Origin: Macrostomum lignano
Lineage: Eukaryota
DNA length: 64,000 nt
Direction: 5' to 3'
Assembly (NCBI GenBank): GCA_002269645.1
Contig: NIVC01001709.1
Span: forward strand, 124,001 to 188,000
Part shown: positions 57,326 to 64,000 of the stretch, piece after piece
Layout: each line of letters begins with the position of its first letter
Numbering within the stretch: position 1 is the first letter of the stretch
Made by a program: the position numbers and the translations under genes
Notes under the pieces: model-generated
Databases searched by the model: none
Told to the model about the DNA's origin: nothing
What the model saw: the letters and a program-made list of their open reading frames with translations, nothing else

Positions 57326-58810
57326 ATGGATAAACAAGCTATTTCTAGGGACGGGGACCCTTCTAAACCCCAACCTCAGTCCGAAGGACCGGCCGGCCCT
57401 GCTGGCAGATCCCAACTGACTGATTCAACTGTGGCAAAGGGAGGACCGGCTGGCTCTGCTGGCAGATCCGACCAGAGCTACCAAACTCAAAGTACCCAAA
57501 GACCTGCCAGTTCTGCTGGTGGATCTAAGGGAACCGCGAGCTCTGAGCCCAAAGGACCGGCCAAATCTGGCAGATCCGACGAAGCTCAGCGGGCTCGGCT
57601 TGAGCGCAAACGCGCTAAGCAACGCGCCAAAAGGCAGGCCAAGAAGGGAGCTGCGGGGCCAATGCGGTGGCGTCCACCATGGATGCTGAAGCGACTGGCG
57701 TCCCAAGGCAACCAGGCGGGCCGGCCGGTGGAAGCTCCGGTAGTTCAGCGGCGGCGCTCCCTGGAGATGCTGCTGCGGCTGCTGAGGCCGAAACCACGGC
57801 GCAACAAATGACCACTGCCAACAAGGAGGTTTCTTCGGGAGCTACCTTTGCCGCCAAGGCCAAGGCCAAAATCCCGGGTGATCATTTAAGGTCGCGACCA
57901 GGACTGGACCACTGATCAGCTTCAAAAAGTGTGGAGTGCTGTTGACTCCTATCTGATTGAGCTGACTGTCGAGGAGGGAATCTCCATCGGCATTGAGCGG
58001 ATGGTGCTGCGAAGCACATTCGTTCTTATTGCTCCCAGCAGTGAGGAGGACGCTCAGCAGCTGCTCCAGCGGCTGCCGACGGTCTCCTTGGATGCTGACC
58101 TTGGCGGAGCTCTTTTTCTTCGCGAAGGCCAGCGTCCAAAGACAATACCCTATGTGGTGTTTGTCCCTGCTAAAAGCACCGCAGCTGGACCAGACGTTAT
58201 CTGCCGGGTCCTACTGCGTCTGAACCCCGACCTCCCTGCTAGTGGACTGGTGTATCACCGCAAAGTCCGCAGGGGGGAGACGGGCAACTCAATTGTCCTC
58301 GGCCTTTCGAACGCTTGGGCGAGTCGGTACCCTAATGGATCCTCTTTCCAGCTGGGTGCCCTCAAGCTCAAGATGCGCCGAGGAAAGTCTGCCAAAGGGA
58401 AGGCTTCTGCCAACCCCGGCATCTCCGGCAAGAGCGGGGCGCAGTCTAAGGCCCAAGGAAAGGCTCAAGCCGATCCCAAAGCCGGAGCTGCGTCTGGCCC
58501 CTCTGCTAGCAGCAATTCGGCGACCGCGGTGACGGCTCCGGCCAAGCCCCGGGAACCGAACCTGCCAGCCGGAGAAGGAGTTGAGGACGAGGCCGGGTCT
58601 TCGGAATCCGAGCTCTCCTCGGTCACCCTGGTGGGGTCTGAAGGCAAAGATGCAGATGAGGAAGCTTCCTCCATCCTGTCATCGGAGCCCGAGGACTCTG
58701 CTGGGGGGGCTGGTGGGGGTGAGGAGGCCATGGACATCGACCAACTCCCATCTCCCAGTCAAGCCCCAGCGGCCTGGGACGAGGACGATCTGTTGTCCAA
58801 GTCTCCTTGA
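57326..58810 (+). pseudogene. LINE ORF1, broken by at least two frameshifts (~57660 and ~57890)
   Basis: Three consecutive ORF fragments in different frames: MDKQAIS..., ...TFAAKAKAK..., ...KVWSAVDSYLIEL... Confidence 0.75.
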
Positions 58811-58849
58811 TGGCCCTGGGCTCTAGCCAGATATTGCATTTAATACAGT

Positions 58850-61800
58850 ATGACTAAGCTCCACGCTGCCAAAGGAGCGACATTCTGTCTGCAAATAAAT
58901 TTACAGCATTGCGTATCTGCGTCAGTAAATCTGATGAAGATTGCTGAGCTGTACAGGCCAGGCCTCATCCTGATCCAGGAACCCTGGATGCGCAACGGTA
59001 AGTTGCCCAACATTCCCTCTGGCTACTCTGATTTTTATGTGTGTGGCCCGGGGAACAGCCGCCCTAGAGCGGCTATCCTCGCTGCTAGCCATCTCCAGGC
59101 TTGGCTGAGGACTGATCTCTCTGATGGAGACCTCTGTGTCATCCAATCTAATCATCTCTCTCCGCGTACGCGTCTCGTTGCTTCGATTTATATCCCAGGC
59201 GACAGAGACCCTGCACCTGAGAGTTTACTGCGCCTCGCGCAGTACTGCGAGTCCCAGAACGCTGAGCTGTGCTTAGGGGGCGACCTCAACGCGCACCACA
59301 AGCACTGGGGCAGCACAGACACCAATACTAGAGGGGAGGAGCTTCTGGCCCTCATCTCTAACACAAACCTCATGCTCTGCAACCGCGGCAGCACTCCTAC
59401 CTTTAACAATGGCAGATGGACTGAGGTCCTCGACGCCACACTCGTTACCCCAAGACTCTTCGACAGAGTTGAGGAGTGGAGAGTCTGGTCTGAGGAGCCC
59501 TCCCTGTCTGACTACTGCTTTATCGCCTTTAACATCGCGGACACTAAACCCCAGTCCTCGATCAGTTGGAGGCGTAACATCCGCAACACTGATTGGGCAG
59601 CCTATAAGGCTACCCTTGATCTGCACCTCCAGGAACTCACGGACTTACGTCTTATTGAGACCTGCGAGGATGTGTACCATGCAGCTGAGACGCTGACAGG
59701 TTGCATTATCGCAGCCTATAATGCGGCCTGCCCTGTCCGTGCCTACAAAGGCAAGACCTCGGCGCCGTGGTGGAACCCGGAGCTGGGGAAACTCAGGCGG
59801 AAGGCCAAAAGCCTTCATCGCCGTGCCATGAAGACCGGAAACCCGGAGGACATGGAGCTTTTCCAGCAAGCCTCCCGCAACTTCAAATCTGAAGTGCGCA
59901 AGGCCAAGGAATGTAAATGGCGCCAATTCTGCAATGAGTTGAATCAAGACAGACCTACTTCTAGGCTTGTCAAGGCCCTTACAATGGACAAAATGTCCAA
60001 ATTAGCCATGATCAGAAAAGATTATGGCTCTCTTACTAAAGACCCTGAAGTGCTTCAGCATATGCTCAGCACATTCTTCCCGAGGGTACCCACTGCTGGA
60101 TCGGAACCCAACCATTCGATGGATGGAGCTACCCTAGCGGCGGGCATAATCACTGAAGACTTAATCGTTCGTGCGGTCAGAACCTTCAAGCCCTTCAAAT
60201 CTCCTGGACCTGATGGTATCTACCCTGTTCTTCTTCGTGAAGCAGCCAAGATACCCTCGTTCTTGAGACTCACCCGCAATCTTATGCGGGCCTCTATCCA
60301 GCTGGGATACGTTCCCAAATGCTGGACTGAAGCTCGGGTAGTCTTCATTCCCAAACCTGAGAAGGGCGACTATCAGAGCGTCAAGGCCTTTAGGCCAATT
60401 AGCTTAACATCAGCAATGCTTAAGCTCACTGAGAGGCTTATTCTCTGGCGGCTGCTTTCTAGCGAGCTGACAGCAATGCCTCTCAGCAATCATCAGCACG
60501 CCTTCCGTACCGGGAGGTCGACTGACAGCGCCCTGCATGCGATAGTCGAGAAGATCGAACGGGCGGTACTGGGTGACGGTTACGCCGTGGCTCTTTTTCT
60601 CGACATTGTTAGCGCCTTCGACAACGTTATCTTTGAAGCGTTTCAGAGGGCCCTTCAAAACCGCAAAGCTCACGCTACCCTCATACGGTGGATCATGTAC
60701 ATGATCTCCAACCGTACGGTCACTGCCCAACTTCTTGGGCAAACTGCCTCCGCCAGAGTCTGTAAGGGTGGACCCCAAGGCGGAGTCCTCACCCCGACGC
60801 TCTGGAACCTGGTCATGGACGCTCTTCTGAGTGACTCCCGACCTGATCCCGTCTTCAAAGTCGGGTATGCTGACGACGTCACTGCCAATGTGGCTGGGCC
60901 GTCCCCCAGCACGCTCAGGGATCTGATGCAGAGCTTTATCCGCAAAGCAGAATCCTGGACCAGTGACAACGGTCTGGAACTCTCTGAGCCAAAAACTGTT
61001 GCCATTATGTTCACCAGCAGGATGCGCTGGAACATACGACCTCTGCAGCTCTACGGCAGAGATATTGCCTTCGCGCACCAGACCAGATGTCTCGGGGTCA
61101 CACTTGACCACCGGCTCAACTGGTCCTTCCACGTGAAAGCAAAAGCCAGGCGTGCCTCAGCCATCCTTGCCTAGCTCCGTCGAGCACTTGGCACTTCTTG
61201 GGGTCTATTCCCAAAGCGGCTTTGGTGGATCTACACTTCCGTAGTTAGACCAGCCATTACGTACGCCTCGGTTGTCTGGGTTAGCGCTACCCAGGTCAAA
61301 AGCCATGCAGACCTGCTCAACACGATCTAGGGCAGAGCGTGTAGGCTTATCTGCAACGCCACCAGGTCCACGCCCTTTGCCAGCATGGGGCCTTCCTTAA
61401 TCTACCGCCTCTCGATCTCGACCTCTTCATCAGGGGTGAGGCGGCTAGAACGACGCGGCGTTTACTTGATGTCGGTGTCAAATTCCTTTACATGAGGGCA
61501 CCTGCTAAGCGGAACCTCGTCCCGCATAGCGACCTGTGCCTCAACAGTCTCAACGAGTGTCAGGCCAATCGCGTCTTCACCAATGGCATTGCCTCAACGC
61601 TCAAACTGAGACAACGCTACCCTGTAGCTATCGACTCGCGCGATACCATCAATGACCACTGGAACCCTGGTGAGCTTCACTGCTACACCGACAGTTCTAA
61701 GCAGTCAGCCAACACCGGTTTTGGTGTTGGAATCTTCCTGAACGGGAGGGTCATCGCTACCCACGCTCAATACACTGGGGTCAACTCCAGTGTCTTCCAA

Positions 61801-62568
61801 AATGAAGTTCTGGCCATCAGCTCCTGCACTGCAGAGCTTCTCGCCACTGGCGTTACTGGTAAGAACATCATTTTCCATTCGGACAGCCAAGCTGCCTTGC
61901 ACGCCATCAGTGGCTGCAGCACCAACTCTGCTACAGTCCTCGACTGTATCAAACTCCTCAACATGTTGGGTTCCACCAACAAAATCACCCTTAAGTGGGT
62001 TCCGGGGCATGTGGGGATCCGAGGAAATGAGTTGGCTGACACCCTTGCAAAAGTTGGTGCCTCCGGCTCCTCTCTCGGCCCCGAACCTCTTGTCCCGATT
62101 CCTGGCTGTGTCATCGACTCGCGCATCAAAGCGTGGATCAGGACTCAGCACCACTCGACTTGGGCGAACCGCACGAACTGCAGGCAATCCAGAGGCGCTG
62201 TCCCTCAGCCCTCTCACCAGCTCCGGAAGCTCCTCTTGCGCCTCTCGCGCAGAGACATCAGGGGTGCCACCATGACCCTCTCAGGTCACGGCTGCTTCTC
62301 CAGGCACCAGTACCTGCAGGGCAACGCCACCAACGCCACCTGTAGTTTCTGCAACTCAGGTGACGAAACCGCTGAGCATTTCGTCAGCATCTGTCCCGCC
62401 TTCACGCGGGCCAGACTCACTTACCTCGGGCCACACACATCTATTACTGAAGCGTGCAAACCCGAAAACTTTAACCAGCTCATGCGCTACCTCCGGGCCA
62501 CCCGCAGGGCTGAACTCTCCTTTCCAGAGAGCACTATAGCTGCTGGCGACACTGGGGGACCTCCCTGA
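58850..62568 (+). pseudogene. LINE ORF2 (endonuclease, RT, RNase H, C-terminal zinc finger) with premature stops and frameshifts
   Basis: LQINLQH, IQEPW, GDLNAHH, KSPGPDG, FRPISLT, GGPQGGVLTPTLW, YADD; in-frame TAG at 61172 and 61328; RNase H YTDSSK, SDSQAAL, WVPGHVGIRGNELAD; CSFC..ETAEHFVSIC. Confidence 0.9.
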
Positions 62569-63329
62569 GCGGCGCCAACCCTTCTGTCCATAGCGACGCG
62601 TCGGCCGTTCAGGGATTAGTGGAATGGGCGTTCGCGCCTTCCCGCTGTGTCCCTACTGGGACAGCCCTGCAGCTCAGTCAAGTAAGTAAGTCAAGGGCCA
62701 TTGCGCCTGCACTATATGAAAACTCGCATTGGTTTGTGCGGTTACCAGCTAACATGAAATGTACTGACCTGAATCACCAGCTAGACATCAAACAGACCCA
62801 TGCACTGGAGTTCTTCAAGTTAAGAATTTATTTCATCGCATTTGCGCGCTTATGCAGTTCATGCCAAGTGTCTGCACGAGAAAGCCACACCGTTGGACAT
62901 TTCAAATTGGCAAAATATTAATATTTTATCCTACAGACAGAAGAATCGCCTGACATTGGATTGGATTAAATTGGATTAAAATTTGCCAAGTGGCTGCTGA
63001 ATCATCGCTGGAGTCGAGTCAGTTATCAGTGTCAGCCCCGCCTGACAGATCGGCAATTATAATCCTTGGCTGGCGTGTCGTCAGGATGAGGATGAGGCGG
63101 ACCGCCTGGCTCACACCCACTCCTTCTCAGTCCAAAAGATGCCCCAAGTACGCTCGGACAGTCGGGTGGGCGAGGGGGGGGGAGGGCGCTAAGCCTCTTG
63201 CTGGGAAGTTCGTTGAAGTTTTGCCCTGAGTGGGAGTTTTTCCAGTTTCATTGCTGCTTGACCTGTCGATTTCAATTTGAAAAAAGATATTCTTGCGTGA
63301 TGGAACTGATTGGTAGCCTTATAAGGCTC

Positions 63330-63865
63330 TGAGTCTCTTTGTGAATATTCTGTGAATCACTGTTTGTATCTGTGAATCTATATAAATCTCTTTGAACCAT
63401 TGTGAGCCACTGTGAATATTTGTGAATAATTGTGAACCACTGTGAACCATTGTGAACCATTTTGAACCACTGTGAACCACTGTGAACACTGTGAATCTCT
63501 GTGAACCATTGTGAGCCATTTTAAATCTCTGTGAACCACTATGAACCACTGTGAATCTCATCTCCGTGAACCATTGTGAGCGACTGTAAATCTCTGCGAA
63601 CCATTCTGAACCACTGTGAATCGCTGTGAACCATTGTGAGCCACTATAAATCTGTGAGCCGCTGTGGACCATCGTGAATCTATGTGACCCGTTGGGAGAC
63701 CTGTGAATCTCTGTGAACCATTGTGAGCTACTATGAACCACTGTGAACCACTGTGAATCTCTGTGAACAATGGTGAACCATTGTGAATCTCTGTGAACCA
63801 TTGTGAGTGACTGTGAATCTCATCTCCGTGAACCATTGTGAGCCACTGTAAATCTCTGTGAACCT
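63330..63865. repeat. Degenerate 10/20 bp repeat (CTGTGAACCATTGTGAGCCA)
   Basis: Tandem copies visible. Confidence 0.88.
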
Positions 63866-64000
63866 CTGTTTTTGAAAATAAAAAGCCAGTTTCGCTTCGC
63901 CAACGCCTGTCATTGAGAAATGAGAGAGCGGCGAAGCACCCTGAGACAGGGGGTTTCCCAGACTTCCTGGCTTGGCCACACAAGCTCTCCTTTGTTATGC

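Larger units (their letters stand above)
56771..62691 (+). mobile_element. Full-length but decayed non-LTR retrotransposon (LOA/R1-like, I group; APE-RT-RNase H-CCHC)
   Basis: ORF1 and ORF2 remnants; (AAGT)3 tail at 62680-62691; 3' hairpin TGTCCC-TACT-GGGACA at 62648-62663; candidate TSD GCCATTGCGCC at 56760-56770 and 62697-62707. Clade assignment is from motif style only. Confidence 0.88.

Noticed and set aside
4636-62275. Antisense and alternate-frame ORFs overlapping NTAN1, ASK, mGluR, pol and the LINE (e.g. 5125-5694, 27401-27880, 39375-40358, 60410-61132)
   Set aside because: These are the expected shadow ORFs of GC-rich coding DNA, with no independent motifs.

Overview
This is eukaryotic (animal) genomic DNA. 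GC-rich exons sit among AT-rich spacers and about 35 different tandem-repeat arrays, a style that resembles a free-living flatworm such as Macrostomum (inference only). Four co-directional + strand genes are closely spaced: GTF2H5/TFB5 (697-3684), NTAN1 (4876-6438), THOC7 (7725-9970, start unresolved) and an ASK-family MAP3K (11572-29218, start unresolved). A group I metabotropic glutamate receptor converges from the - strand (38602-53413; 5' exons not found in the window). Mobile DNA comprises two related MITEs with 8-bp TSDs in the GTF2H5 intron, a tRNA-derived SINE, a young Ty3/gypsy element with identical 200-bp LTRs inserted into a minisatellite inside an mGluR intron, and a decayed full-length RNase H-bearing LINE. 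The most notable observations are: (1) a hidden, apparently mutually exclusive duplicated exon pair in the N-terminal regulatory domain of the ASK kinase; (2) an operon-like gene cluster in which two genes begin at phase-0 splice acceptors without a clear genomic ATG, compatible with a spliced-leader-donated AUG; (3) nearly every intron is a short intron inflated by its own private minisatellite. No CRISPR, rRNA or tRNA genes were found. Most long ORFs in the supplied track are repeat artefacts. Comparisons to vertebrate proteins are from recall, not from database searches.
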